Shown here: piece after piece, positions 54,559 through 64,000 of the stretch | Numbering within the stretch: position 1 is the stretch's first letter | How the letters are laid out: every line of letters begins with the position of its first letter | NCBI GenBank assembly: GCA_964638675.1 | Contig: CAZXAU010000005.1 | Coordinates: forward strand, 69,313 to 133,312 | Source: an uncultured Lachnospiraceae bacterium | GTDB lineage: Bacteria; Bacillota; Clostridia; Oscillospirales; CAG-272 | Length of the DNA stretch: 64,000 nucleotides | Direction: 5' to 3' | Notes under the pieces: model-generated | Seen by the model: only the letters and a program-made list of their open reading frames with translations | What the model was told of the DNA's origin: nothing | Database searches by the model: none | Program-made: the position numbers and the translations under genes

Positions 54559-55698
54559 ATGGAAAAAAAGAAAAAGAAGCGGAGTGCGGGGCAGTATTTT
54601 ACGATAGTGCTATATGTTATAATCGGTGCAAGTTGGGCATTTTTTGATCCGTTTGAGTTTGATAAGATGTCAATGTCATTCGGTGAATATATGGTGAAAG
54701 TCGTGCTTGGCGAATTACTGGTTCTGTTTGTGGCAGGATATATTCATATTATCATACACGAGGTCGGACATCTTCTGTTCGGACTTTTGACCGGATACAG
54801 ATTTTCATCATTCCGCATCGGAAGTCTGATGTTTGTTAAGGAAAACGGCAAGCTCAGATTCAAAAGAATGAAGGTTTTGGGTACGGGAGGTCAGTGCCTT
54901 ATGCTACCTCCCGAAAGGGAAATCAGCGAGATGCCATATGCTTTGTACAATCTCGGCGGTTCGATAATGAATGTTATTGCATCGGTAATTTTTGCAGCGG
55001 CGTACATATTCACACGAGATAATCCATATCTGGCGATTCTGTTTATGCTCATGACACTTTTGGGATTGGCCTCTGCACTGATGAATGGTATTCCGCTCAG
55101 GCTCGGAACGGTTGACAACGACGGTTACAATGCGAGATCGCTCGGAAAATCGCCCGAGGCTCTGCTCTCGCTTGTCAATCAGCTTAAAGTAAGCGATGCA
55201 CTCATAAGGGGAATGCGTTTGAAGGATATGCCGGACGATTGGTTCTTTATGCCTGATGATGGGGGACTGAAAAACAGTATGACCGTAGTCATGGCTGTCT
55301 TTTCCGAGAACAGGCTGATGGATATGCACCGCTTTGACGAGGCGGTGGAATTGATGGATAAGCTGAAAAACTCTGACAATGCAATGATAGGTCTGCACAG
55401 TTCTTTGATAGACTGCGACAGAATATTCTGTGAGCTTATCGGTAAAGGAAATGCCGATATTATTGAAAGCCTTCTCAGCAAAGATCAGCTGAAATTTATG
55501 AAGCAGATGCAGAACAATACGGGTGTTATCCGCACCGAATATGCACTTGCATTGCTTTATCAAAAAGACAGCGAAAAGGCAGAAAAGCTCAGGATGAGAT
55601 TTGAAAAGATCGCTAAGAAATCTCCGTATAAAGGTGACACGCAGGGAGAGCGTGAGCTGATGGAGATTGCCTTAAATATGGCAAATAATAATGTATGA
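54559..55698 (+). CDS. membrane zinc metalloprotease-like protein (HExxH, M50-like)
   Basis: IIIHEVGHLLFG inside a TM helix. Start trimmed because the upstream codons lie in R2-4. Confidence 0.6.
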   Translation: MEKKKKKRSAGQYFTIVLYVIIGASWAFFDPFEFDKMSMSFGEYMVKVVLGELLVLFVAGYIHIIIHEVGHLLFGLLTGYRFSSFRIGSLMFVKENGKLRFKRMKVLGTGGQCLMLPPEREISEMPYALYNLGGSIMNVIASVIFAAAYIFTRDNPYLAILFMLMTLLGLASALMNGIPLRLGTVDNDGYNARSLGKSPEALLSLVNQLKVSDALIRGMRLKDMPDDWFFMPDDGGLKNSMTVVMAVFSENRLMDMHRFDEAVELMDKLKNSDNAMIGLHSSLIDCDRIFCELIGKGNADIIESLLSKDQLKFMKQMQNNTGVIRTEYALALLYQKDSEKAEKLRMRFEKIAKKSPYKGDTQGERELMEIALNMANNNV

Positions 55699-55716
55699 TA
55701 TAACTGTATAATAAAA

Positions 55717-55770
55717 AACGGACAGTACATAATCGGTCGATTATATGACTTTTTATGTGCTGTCTGTTTT
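55717..55770. terminator. bidirectional hairpin
   Basis: ACGGACAGTACATAA..TTATGTGCTGTCTGT followed by T-run. Confidence 0.5.
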
Positions 55771-55779
55771 TATATTTTA

Positions 55780-57153
55780 TTATTCACTTATTTTTTGCTT
55801 TCTTTTTTCTTTGTGTTGCATAATTGCAAAATAAGCAAAGCAAATTATGATCTGAACAAATGTGGACACGGGTGTAGCAAGTCCGATATGAAATAGCGTG
55901 ACAGGCTCAATTTTACTGAAGATCCAGGAAAGCGGCAGACGGAAGCAAATTCCTCCTATGATGCCCTGAATCATTACAAATGTTGTCTTTCCGCAGCCGT
56001 TAAAATAGCCCATAAAGCAGAACAGGAAGGATGTGAGCAGGCAGTCTATGGCATAAGCTTTCAGATAATCTGCGGCGGCAAGCGTGACAGAATTGTTCTT
56101 TGCAAATATACCTGCAAGCAGATCGCCCCTGAAAAATGTAAATACGCCGACGATCAGTCCGATGCTCAGTGATGTGATTATTCCGTATTTCAGTGCCTTC
56201 ATGGCACGCTCTGGCTTTTTTGCACCTATATTCTGTGCAACGAATGCCGACATCGACTGCATAAACGCCGATGAGATAAGCATAATGAATGCACACACCT
56301 TTTCAGCCACTCCGATTCCGGCAGACTCGGTAAGTCCGATGTCGTTCACGATTGCGAGAATTGCGAGGAAAGAAATGCTCACAAGAAGATCCTGAAGAGC
56401 TATAGGCGTTCCTAGAATGAGAATTGTTTTTATATGCTTTTTTACCGGACGGATATCTCTTCGTGAAACAGAAAAGGGAAGAGGACGCTTTGTGATTATA
56501 ACCAGCGAGAGGATCACGCTCAACGCCTGAGCCACTACAGTTGCAATGGCGGCACCTGTTGCTCCCATATTGAAGACTGCGACAAAGAGCAGATCGCCTA
56601 AAATGTTGATAACGCAGGCAATAGATACGGTGATAAGCGGTATTTTTGAATCCCCGATACCTCTGAATATACTGCCTATAAGGTTGTATGCAACGATAAA
56701 CACTGCACCTGCCGAGCAGACTGTTATATACGAAACCGTATCGGCAAAAGCTTCTTCCGGAGCGTTCATTATGCCTGCAAGCCATCCGGCAGAAAAAATC
56801 ATAACAATGCTGACGCTAACTGCTATGAGGGCAAAGAGAAAAATACCGCTTGAGATTATTTTTCCGGCTTCCTTCGGCTTTCCCTCTCCGATCGATTTGC
56901 CTACCGAAACTGTCAGACCCATGGCGAGCCCTGTAATGATTATGGTTACTGTATGCATGATCTGACTTCCGGTAGAGACTGCCGATACAAATATATCTGA
57001 CGATTCACCGCCGAAGCGTCCGACTATCAGCAGATCGACAGCACCGTAGGTCGCCTGCAGGAAGAGTGCCAGTAGCACGGGGAGTGCAAATTTAATAAGC
57101 GGTGTGAAAATTTTTCCCTGAGTAAAATTATTGTTTTCTTTAATTTCGTTCAT
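55780..57153 (-). CDS. MATE-family efflux transporter
   Basis: 12 TM segments. The N-terminus PVLLALFLQATYGAVDLLIVGRF is typical of NorM/DinF. Confidence 0.9.
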   Translation of the reverse strand: MNEIKENNNFTQGKIFTPLIKFALPVLLALFLQATYGAVDLLIVGRFGGESSDIFVSAVSTGSQIMHTVTIIITGLAMGLTVSVGKSIGEGKPKEAGKIISSGIFLFALIAVSVSIVMIFSAGWLAGIMNAPEEAFADTVSYITVCSAGAVFIVAYNLIGSIFRGIGDSKIPLITVSIACVINILGDLLFVAVFNMGATGAAIATVVAQALSVILSLVIITKRPLPFSVSRRDIRPVKKHIKTILILGTPIALQDLLVSISFLAILAIVNDIGLTESAGIGVAEKVCAFIMLISSAFMQSMSAFVAQNIGAKKPERAMKALKYGIITSLSIGLIVGVFTFFRGDLLAGIFAKNNSVTLAAADYLKAYAIDCLLTSFLFCFMGYFNGCGKTTFVMIQGIIGGICFRLPLSWIFSKIEPVTLFHIGLATPVSTFVQIIICFAYFAIMQHKEKRKQKISE

Positions 57154-57213
57154 TTCTTTATTTTTAATACCCTGTACAATTGAATTGATAATTAATTGAA
57201 TTTTTCGCAGAAA

Positions 57214-57272
57214 GAAAACACCCTCAGCTTTAATGACGCCACAGCGGTCAGATAAAACCTTTGGGTGTTTTC
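57214..57272 (-). terminator. long hairpin, possible terminator of the GH89 gene
   Basis: GAAAACACCC-N39-GGGTGTTTTC followed on the minus strand by TTTCTG. Confidence 0.4.
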
Positions 57273-57491
57273 CGCTATTTTATATCTTTTTCAAGATATA
57301 TTTTTTTGATTTGATTAGGAATCGCTGAATAAATCACGCCATGCGGCTCGGTACCATGCTTGCTTGCATCTTTTTCGTCATACTTCACAAAAAGTTTTGA
57401 CAATAGCTCTGCTATTGACTGCGACTTTTTGTATCGTCTGTCTAAAAATCTGACGGCGCAATCATAGCACCGGATTTAATCAGTGCTTCCT

Positions 57492-60400
57492 TTACTGTTT
57501 TTTCTTCTTTACAACGAAAACCGCAGCTCCGGCAGCCGCAACGATTACTACTGCAACTACAACGATAATAATTACAGTGGAGCTGTTCGACTTGTCGTCT
57601 GTCTTTGTTCCGGGAAGGTCACTTGGTTCGGCCGTGGTCGTGTCACCCGGTACAGGTGTTTCATCACCGGTCGTAGGTGTCTTGTCGGCACTTACAGGCG
57701 GCTTAGGTGTCTGAGCTTTAAGCTTGAGTGTAACCGCATCAAATACCTTATCCGATTTTACAAGTCTAACCGTGCAGTCGTTGCTCAGCTTATCGTTTTC
57801 GGAAAGCTGATTGCCGTCTGCATCGTATATCTTGATTTCTCCGTCACGTGTGCTGAAGAGCGCTGTTATATCCTTTACCGTTGTTTCGGAGGGGATATCG
57901 CTGAGAGTTGCATTGTCCTTATCGAAGCTTCCGATTGCAGGATCATCCTGACAATCGAGTCTCAGATATGACATTACCTTGATTTCGGCGAATGCAGGCC
58001 ACTGCTGACCGTTGATCTTCTTGATGTTTACTCTGATATCATCGGTATATACAGCTTCATCAAGCACTGCCTTCACGGTATATGTTTTGGTTTCGGAATC
58101 ATATGATGTTCCTGTCCAGACGACCTTATCCTTGCCGTCAACCTTTGCAATAATTTCAAGGTCCATAAGATCAGCACCCGCAGGGTTTCTCGGCTCGGAA
58201 ACTATGATGACTTCGTCAACATAGAATTTTTCATTGAATTTAATACCCGCATAACATGGAGTTGCACTGCTTGTCGCTATCCACAATGCAGAGAGATCAC
58301 CGTCATTCAAACGGCTTGACGGGTATATGCTTTGCTCGTTCTTTGCATATCCCTCACCGAGCGTTGCAACATTGTATTTTATGCTGTCAAGTTCAGATAC
58401 GTTGTTATATGTATAATCGCTCCTGATCTCGTTCCATATGGTGCCGAGCCCACGGTTAATGGAACCGCCTGCCGCATCAAGCACCTTGGTATCGTATTTG
58501 CCTTCGTTTGTTACGAAATCCCATGCATATTTGAAATCATCGGAGGCACTCGGAAGATTTTTGCCCTGCGAAAATGCATCAAGCCAATTCTGCCACATAG
58601 GAAGATTGTAATCTGCCAGCTGTCCTGAATATTGACGGTATGCATATGTCTGGAGCACCTTGCTTGACCATGCGGTTATGATCGCTTTGGCATTGATCTC
58701 CATCATATACTTGGTGTAGTCGTCATATTTTCCTGTTCTCGAATCATTGCACCAGGACGATGTTCTGCCTATCCATGTTCCGACAAGAGAATCTTTTTCA
58801 TATGATGCTATCTCGTCAAGAAGAGAGAATCCGTAAAGGAATTTTTTCTTCATATCCTCAAATGCTTTTGTTTCATTTTCATTGTAGGCAAGCATCATTG
58901 TGTTGAAGTAATTGCCCATGCTGTTGGAAACAAGCTGTTTCAGGAGGTCAACAAGGTCATAGACATAACATTCGTTGTCCTTGAAGGTATAGAATTCCTC
59001 AACGAATAATTCAACTGCTTTTTCAAATTGTTCGGGATCATATGTCATTGCAAAGCTTCCCGATATAGCCGAAGGGCTTGTCGACGGAAGCATATTTGCG
59101 ATCGAATTTATATTGAATTCGTGCGATCCGGTATATCCGTATGCAGTATCTAAAAGTATATCCCAGCTCTTTTTGATGTTTTCGCTGAATACGCCGTATC
59201 TTCTAGTTATGTATGAGCTTATCCATTTATCGATATCAGGCTTCTCACTCATCCAGGGAAGCTCCCAGAGAAGCTCCTGAACGACAGGATTTATCTGTGT
59301 TCCTTCCGAAACAAGTCCGATACCTTTGAGATGTGAAGCATTGTTCTTTGCGTCAAAGAATTCCTTTGCCATGTACTCAAGCTCTCCGTGGACGCCGGGT
59401 CTTCCGCCGTAGTTGTCGAGCATACAGAATACCCATCCCGATCCGTTCCACTCTTTTCCGCCCCAGCTTGAGGTGTTTTTATAGTTCTGAGTGTCTGTTG
59501 CTGTGCAGTTGAGGTCAAGCACTATGATGTGATCGGCTCTTCTGTCTCCGAAGCCGTCAAGTACCGCCTTTTCGGGGTTTCCCCACCAGCATTGGATCAT
59601 CCATACGGCAGATTCATCGGCATCTATCATATGCGAGAGTATGCTGCTTGCCATTTCCGATCTTGAAAGATCCTTGGGGATTACTCCACCTTCATGTGCA
59701 AGGTCGCCTGCATAGTAATGAGTTATATCGCCGTATATATATTTCTGCGTATCATAGAAGGCTTTTGCGAGTGTTTCGTATCCATCAAATGTGGTTTTGA
59801 GAAGCGGAGGACGTGTAAAGCCCGACCAGTCACCCTGAGCTACCATGTATTTGGATATATCAGAAAATCCTTTTTTTGTTAACTCAGGTCCGGCTATCTT
59901 TGAAAAGGTTGTCGGAAGAGTTCCCATGAAACCCTGGAGACAGGGACTTATTCCGAGCACTGTCATAAAACGCTGATTTTTTCTTGCAAGCTCAAGTGTA
60001 TCGAGAACCCATGTGTCGCTGACGCTTCCGCCGTAGTTCTCGAGGTTGCCCATAAGCCACCATGCTTTGTAAGAATATCCGCATACGAAATTTTTAGCAT
60101 CGTCGGCATTATATCCGAACTGTTGCAGGTATGCGACCCAAAGTGCTTCTGTAGCTGTAGTATCGAGAATTACATTTACACCCGAGAGTGCGAGATAATC
60201 AAGCTCTCTCTGCCATTCGTCATATCCGAAGAAGGGCATTGTATAGGAAAGTGTGCAGTAGTTGTATGCGTATCTTACCGATATTGCTGTTTCGTTTCTT
60301 ATTTTGCCTTCAATTTTTACGATATCATTCGGCATTGAAACCTGCTTTGTCTGCTGTGAAACATGAACATTGCAGAAGGTTTTGAGATAGTAGTTCAGTC

Positions 60401-61205
60401 CTGTTGCGATCGATACTCCGACATCACCGGTAATACAGACCTTGTTGTCCTTCATCGTTATTTCATAGTAGTTTTTGCTGTTTTCCGACTCCTTAAGCTC
60501 AAACGTGAACCATGAACGGTATTTGCTTCCAAGAATGCGGTCAATAATTCCGTAAAGTGCTTCTTTTGTGTCATTCTCGGTATATGTATCTTGGACCGAG
60601 TAGTCCTTGCCGAGAGTTACATCGTAATTCTCTTTAAGCCATTCACTGTATGATGTGAATTCAATTTTTTCTCTTGTGGGGGTTACTTCAGTTTCTGAAG
60701 AAGTTCCGAAAACTCTGACTTCGGAGATCTTTGATGAGCCGCCGAGTCCGCCCGATGAATATGTGATATTGACACGGATGATCCTGTATACTGTTTTACT
60801 GCTCTCGAATGTGTAATCATCTCCGTTTTGTGCGACTGCCGAATGAGCGTGAGAGGCAATTTTCGTAAAATTGACTCCGTCAAGCGAGCCGTAGATCTGA
60901 TATCCCCAATCGCCGCTCGGCATGACCACCGTGATCTTCGATATCTCATAGTTCGAGAGAAGGTCGATATCGACATACTTCGGATAATCCTCGCCTGTCC
61001 AGACCGTGGATGTCTTTCCGTCTGTTACATATGAGTGAGTTCCTGTCATTGCATTCGATCTTGTCGGCTTTTTGTATGCTATGTTGTCGGGGAACGAGGG
61101 ATCGGTTTCATCTGCCAGAACAGAAAAATCGAAAGCTGTCATTGCAGGCAACAGCATTGCAAGCATCAGTACTACAGACAGTACTCTCTTTAAATGTTTT
61201 TTCAT
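57492..61205 (-). CDS. secreted alpha-N-acetylglucosaminidase (GH89/NAGLU) with F5/8-type-C (CBM32-like) domains and a C-terminal membrane anchor
   Basis: Signal peptide, ISEVRVFG discoidin motif, NAGLU-like core (YAYNYCTLSYTMPFFGYDEWQRELDYLALSG). Pro/Thr linker plus hydrophobic tail ending KKKKQ. Confidence 0.8.
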   Translation of the reverse strand: MKKHLKRVLSVVLMLAMLLPAMTAFDFSVLADETDPSFPDNIAYKKPTRSNAMTGTHSYVTDGKTSTVWTGEDYPKYVDIDLLSNYEISKITVVMPSGDWGYQIYGSLDGVNFTKIASHAHSAVAQNGDDYTFESSKTVYRIIRVNITYSSGGLGGSSKISEVRVFGTSSETEVTPTREKIEFTSYSEWLKENYDVTLGKDYSVQDTYTENDTKEALYGIIDRILGSKYRSWFTFELKESENSKNYYEITMKDNKVCITGDVGVSIATGLNYYLKTFCNVHVSQQTKQVSMPNDIVKIEGKIRNETAISVRYAYNYCTLSYTMPFFGYDEWQRELDYLALSGVNVILDTTATEALWVAYLQQFGYNADDAKNFVCGYSYKAWWLMGNLENYGGSVSDTWVLDTLELARKNQRFMTVLGISPCLQGFMGTLPTTFSKIAGPELTKKGFSDISKYMVAQGDWSGFTRPPLLKTTFDGYETLAKAFYDTQKYIYGDITHYYAGDLAHEGGVIPKDLSRSEMASSILSHMIDADESAVWMIQCWWGNPEKAVLDGFGDRRADHIIVLDLNCTATDTQNYKNTSSWGGKEWNGSGWVFCMLDNYGGRPGVHGELEYMAKEFFDAKNNASHLKGIGLVSEGTQINPVVQELLWELPWMSEKPDIDKWISSYITRRYGVFSENIKKSWDILLDTAYGYTGSHEFNINSIANMLPSTSPSAISGSFAMTYDPEQFEKAVELFVEEFYTFKDNECYVYDLVDLLKQLVSNSMGNYFNTMMLAYNENETKAFEDMKKKFLYGFSLLDEIASYEKDSLVGTWIGRTSSWCNDSRTGKYDDYTKYMMEINAKAIITAWSSKVLQTYAYRQYSGQLADYNLPMWQNWLDAFSQGKNLPSASDDFKYAWDFVTNEGKYDTKVLDAAGGSINRGLGTIWNEIRSDYTYNNVSELDSIKYNVATLGEGYAKNEQSIYPSSRLNDGDLSALWIATSSATPCYAGIKFNEKFYVDEVIIVSEPRNPAGADLMDLEIIAKVDGKDKVVWTGTSYDSETKTYTVKAVLDEAVYTDDIRVNIKKINGQQWPAFAEIKVMSYLRLDCQDDPAIGSFDKDNATLSDIPSETTVKDITALFSTRDGEIKIYDADGNQLSENDKLSNDCTVRLVKSDKVFDAVTLKLKAQTPKPPVSADKTPTTGDETPVPGDTTTAEPSDLPGTKTDDKSNSSTVIIIVVVAVVIVAAAGAAVFVVKKKKQ

Positions 61206-61250
61206 TTTTTATTCCTCCGTGTTTTATATTTCTGTATTATTTTATGATTC

Positions 61251-61955
61251 TTATATTGATATTTCGACTGTAACGGGAAGGTGATCTGCCGCTATCACCC
61301 TCGGAATTACAACATTTTTTACTGTTATATTACCTGATACGAAAATATAGTCGATTTTTTCGTTTGGTTTATCGCTTGGATATGTGAAGTTGTTCCCGAC
61401 GTAAAAACTGTCGCTGTCGCACAGCCGATGTCTTATGGGATCGAGAATTTTGCTGTCGGGGTGAAGGTTGAGGTCACCCAGAAATACGGTCGGCATATCT
61501 GTCGTGTCAAGAATTCGACAGACTTTTTTTACGCTTGACTGTGCTTCCTCAGGCTGAAGTCCGAAGTGTGTGCCGATAATTTTGAGTTCGCCTTCCGGTG
61601 TTGACACAACTGCGTCTATTATGCACCTGTCCTCAAAATATCTGCCCGGTTTACGCAGAGCATCTGACGGCACGGGAATCGTGTTTGCCGAAACTATGGG
61701 ATATCTTGACAAAAGTGCATTTCCGTATATACATTTGCTGAGTTTGAGTGCACCGGCAAAAAAAGAATTGAAGCCGAGCTCAGAGGCTATTGCATCCGAC
61801 TGCCCTTCGCTTCCATCGCTGTATACGCCGTAAACCTCCTGCATCACCACAATATCGGCATTTTCGTTCCTGATCGTTTCAGCCATTTTGTGAGTGTCAA
61901 TTTCATGCGTTATAAAATTTCTTGCATGCTGTATGTTGAAGGTCATGATCTTCAC
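61251..61955 (-). CDS. endonuclease/exonuclease/phosphatase (EEP) family protein
   Basis: IMTFNIQH..ADIVVMQEV..GDLN..DH motifs. Confidence 0.8.
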   Translation of the reverse strand: MKIMTFNIQHARNFITHEIDTHKMAETIRNENADIVVMQEVYGVYSDGSEGQSDAIASELGFNSFFAGALKLSKCIYGNALLSRYPIVSANTIPVPSDALRKPGRYFEDRCIIDAVVSTPEGELKIIGTHFGLQPEEAQSSVKKVCRILDTTDMPTVFLGDLNLHPDSKILDPIRHRLCDSDSFYVGNNFTYPSDKPNEKIDYIFVSGNITVKNVVIPRVIAADHLPVTVEISI

Positions 61956-61990
61956 TATTCTATCACCTCGTTTTGATTACTATAACATAA

Positions 61991-62232
61991 AGCCAGCGTC
62001 CCCGGAGTGGTTATGTTCAAACAAACACTTCCATAAATCGTATTTGGCGCCGCGAAGCGGATATAATCGGCAAATACATATCTTGTGTTTATTATAACAT
62101 AAAGCCAACGAAGTTGGTGTCCCCGAAGGGGTTATGTTCAAACAAACACTTCCATAAATCGTATTTGGCGCCGCGAAGCGGATATAATCGGCAAATACAT
62201 ATCTTGTGTTTATTATAACATATTATTGCCGT
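61991..62232. repeat. tandem duplication, units of 112 and 121 bp plus a partial third
   Basis: Units start with TATAACATAAAGCC at 61991, 62103 and 62224. The units are identical except for one stem-loop segment that carries a 9-nt indel. Confidence 0.9.
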
Positions 62233-62337
62233 TTTTTCAAGTCTGTTTACTACATTTTTATAGAACGTTGTTTTCGGGTGATTTTTGAAGAAATTATGCG
62301 GTTCGGGCAGTTCGTATATTTTACAGATTGATGTATA

Positions 62338-63366
62338 TTACAGCCTGCTGTAAATAAAATACGATACCGCCGGGCATACAAGGAGAGCTGCAAGTCTGCC
62401 TATTATATACTTTTTTATCGATAGCTCCGTTCCCATGGCTGACTTTATCTGCATGGTTACTGATATTCCCGAAAATGTGATGACACTGCTGCCAATTATG
62501 AAAGCGATATGGCTTTCAAATCCGTTTATCATCGAAAGTCCCGAAGCTATTTCAAAGAATCCCGAAACAAGGCATGTCGATATTCCGCTGAGCGGAACAA
62601 TTTCGGATATTACAGCTGTCAACAGTGAAAAGAATATTACAAAAGAATAGATCCTGATGCATGATGCCCCTGCACTCCCGACGCAATCGCAGATCATGTC
62701 GGAAAGTCCGGTTTTCTCCGGAGTCTTGACCTTCCCGGTGTCGGCTTTGCTTTGATATGTTAAAGTCCTTTTTCCCGAATGTCCCAGTATTATGCCGTAT
62801 ACTACAGAAAAAAGACAGCTTACGATGTATAATATCACACCTGCTTTTGCATCATTCATAATTCCTTTGCCGAAGATCGAAATCATGAATGCCGGGGAGC
62901 ATATATTGCAGAAGGCACATATTCTCTCGCACTCGTCCTTGTCTGCGAGAGACTTATCGTATAACTCTCTTGCACACACGCCGCCTATCGGAAATCCCGA
63001 TATCAGTCCGATGATGAATATACTTACTGCCTCCTGCGATATATTGAAAAGCTTTGTAAGGAAAGGAAACAACCTACCTATCGACCTTCCGCATCCGCTT
63101 TTCAGTATGAGCGTCGAAAGTATTATGAACGGAAAGGTTGCCGGAATGAGAGAATAATACAGGACATCGAGAACTCTGTCCACCTGCTTTGCAGTCATTC
63201 CGGGATCTGCGATAAGGCAGACGAATACTGCGAAAACGCAGATGGTAAAGAGTGTCCTCGTTATTCCTGCCATTTTACTTTTTGTGCTTTTCAGAGCCGT
63301 CAGCAGGTTTTCTTTTTTATTGATTTCGTTTTTTGGATTTATAATATTTGTTGCGTAATTATTCAC
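62338..63366 (-). CDS. ylbJ: sporulation integral membrane protein YlbJ-like
   Basis: SLIPATFPFIIL, IGLISGFPIGG and AFCNICSPAFMI motifs. Confidence 0.75.
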   Translation of the reverse strand: MNNYATNIINPKNEINKKENLLTALKSTKSKMAGITRTLFTICVFAVFVCLIADPGMTAKQVDRVLDVLYYSLIPATFPFIILSTLILKSGCGRSIGRLFPFLTKLFNISQEAVSIFIIGLISGFPIGGVCARELYDKSLADKDECERICAFCNICSPAFMISIFGKGIMNDAKAGVILYIVSCLFSVVYGIILGHSGKRTLTYQSKADTGKVKTPEKTGLSDMICDCVGSAGASCIRIYSFVIFFSLLTAVISEIVPLSGISTCLVSGFFEIASGLSMINGFESHIAFIIGSSVITFSGISVTMQIKSAMGTELSIKKYIIGRLAALLVCPAVSYFIYSRL

Positions 63367-63422
63367 GATCTCACCGCATAGTATTTTTTATAAATACTAT
63401 TTCCGGGGGATGATTTTTATTC

Positions 63423-63722
63423 ATGGAGAGCTTTACAAAAAATGTAAAAAGGGTTTCGACAACTAAAAGTGACGGCGAAAAACGAAAGGAAAAGCTGAAA
63501 AAGCTTGTTGGCATTTCTTCGGTCGCATCTGTCACGGGCAGAGGTAAGATTGAGCTTTGCGGTTGTCGGGGTATAATGACATACAAGGACGATCTGATAT
63601 CGGTTCGTCTTTGTGACGGTGTCATAAAAATAATCGGTTCCTCTCTCTGTCTTTGCAATTTTTTCGGAGGCAGAATGATCATTCGCGGTAAAATAGAGAG
63701 TATTTCGTTTTGTGACAGGTGA
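63423..63722 (+). CDS. yqfC: YabP/YqfC-family sporulation protein
   Basis: Beta-rich GRGKIELCGCRGIMTYKDDLISVRL..IIGSSL..IIRGKIESISF pattern, followed by a yqfD-like gene. Confidence 0.75.
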   Translation: MESFTKNVKRVSTTKSDGEKRKEKLKKLVGISSVASVTGRGKIELCGCRGIMTYKDDLISVRLCDGVIKIIGSSLCLCNFFGGRMIIRGKIESISFCDR

Positions 63723-63724
63723 TA

Positions 63725-63845
63725 GTCTGAAAAAAATTCAGACGCCGTTTTGTGACTTTCGCCGCCTGAAAGGCAGCGATTTTGCTTCGCAAAACCAGCC
63801 CCAACTCCGGGGAGAAAGGAAGCTTTCGCACAAGCGAAAGCAATG
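63725..63845 (+). repeat. R1 structured repeat, copy E
   Basis: It fills the whole yqfC-yqfD spacer, starting 3 nt after the yqfC stop and ending in ATG 63843. Confidence 0.85.
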
Positions 63846-64000
63846 GTCATACTTATGCTTTTTTTTAATTATTTTATCGGTGTTGATAGATTGAAAATAT
63901 ACGGAAAGAGCGATAAACTGCTTAATCTTCTTGAGCTGAATTCTGTTGAATACGATGATCTTGAAACATGTGATCAATATATTGTGTTGTCGTGTGCATC
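63843..64000 (+). CDS. yqfD: sporulation protein YqfD-like, 3'-truncated by the window edge
   Basis: Open frame MVILMLFFNYFIGVDRLKIYGKSDKLLNLLELNSVEYDDLE.. runs to the window end. The alternative start is ATG 63855. Called by position after yqfC. Confidence 0.5.
   Translation, partial: MVILMLFFNYFIGVDRLKIYGKSDKLLNLLELNSVEYDDLETCDQYIVLSCA

Noticed and set aside
57492-57640. A canonical LPXTG sortase signal in the GH89 protein.
   Set aside because: The sequence is LPGTK, not LPXTG, and it lies 13 residues upstream of the hydrophobic segment. It was called only as a C-terminal membrane anchor.
63371-63850. A 159-aa minus-strand ORF, plus 63738..63977 (-).
   Set aside because: They are antisense to the yqfC-like gene and to R1-E. 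There is no RBS, and the composition is dictated by the repeat.

Overview
The window is a 64-kb chromosomal segment from a moderate-GC, endospore-forming Clostridia-type Firmicute. Evidence for that is spoIID, ylbJ and yqfC/yqfD, T-box and yybP-ykoY leaders, and SD-type RBSs. A secreted GH89/CBM32 glycosidase hints at a gut or mucin habitat. All coordinates were read by hand and may be off by a few nt.

Housekeeping content:
- Mn-riboswitch-mntP plus a CaCA antiporter, trmO, two tandem AI-2E transporters and ispE.
- A ROK-like kinase, spoIID, an HtrA-like protease and an OmpR/HK two-component pair.
- A Trp-specific T-box driving a COG2984/4120/1101 ABC importer.
- A large minus-strand arginine cluster in the order argH-argC-argJ-argB-argD-carA-carB-argF.
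- lplA, a MATE pump, a GH89 enzyme and an EEP nuclease/phosphatase.

An accessory, conflict/stress-type block runs from tRNA-Pro(GGG) at 15.3 kb to about 35.5 kb. It holds:
- An HNH mini-operon.
- A DUF3990 / DUF3791-HTH / DUF4238 operon with a consensus promoter and operator.
- An integrase N-terminal remnant.
- The Pnkp-Hen1 RNA repair pair.
- A PP-loop ATPase + EFR1 ferredoxin cassette that truncates a GNAT gene.
- An ABC-class ATPase with a structured leader.

The most unusual item is an ACGX-repeat peptide + radical-SAM/SPASM cassette that is co-operonic with nitroreductase, a macrodomain and a class-M sirtuin.

Separately, two unrelated families of structured intergenic repeats are scattered through the window. 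R1 has 5 copies, and each ends in an ATG 12-14 nt upstream of a gene start. R2 has 4 modular copies plus one solo hairpin, mostly punctuating the arg cluster. No CRISPR array, rRNA or intact transposase/integrase was seen.
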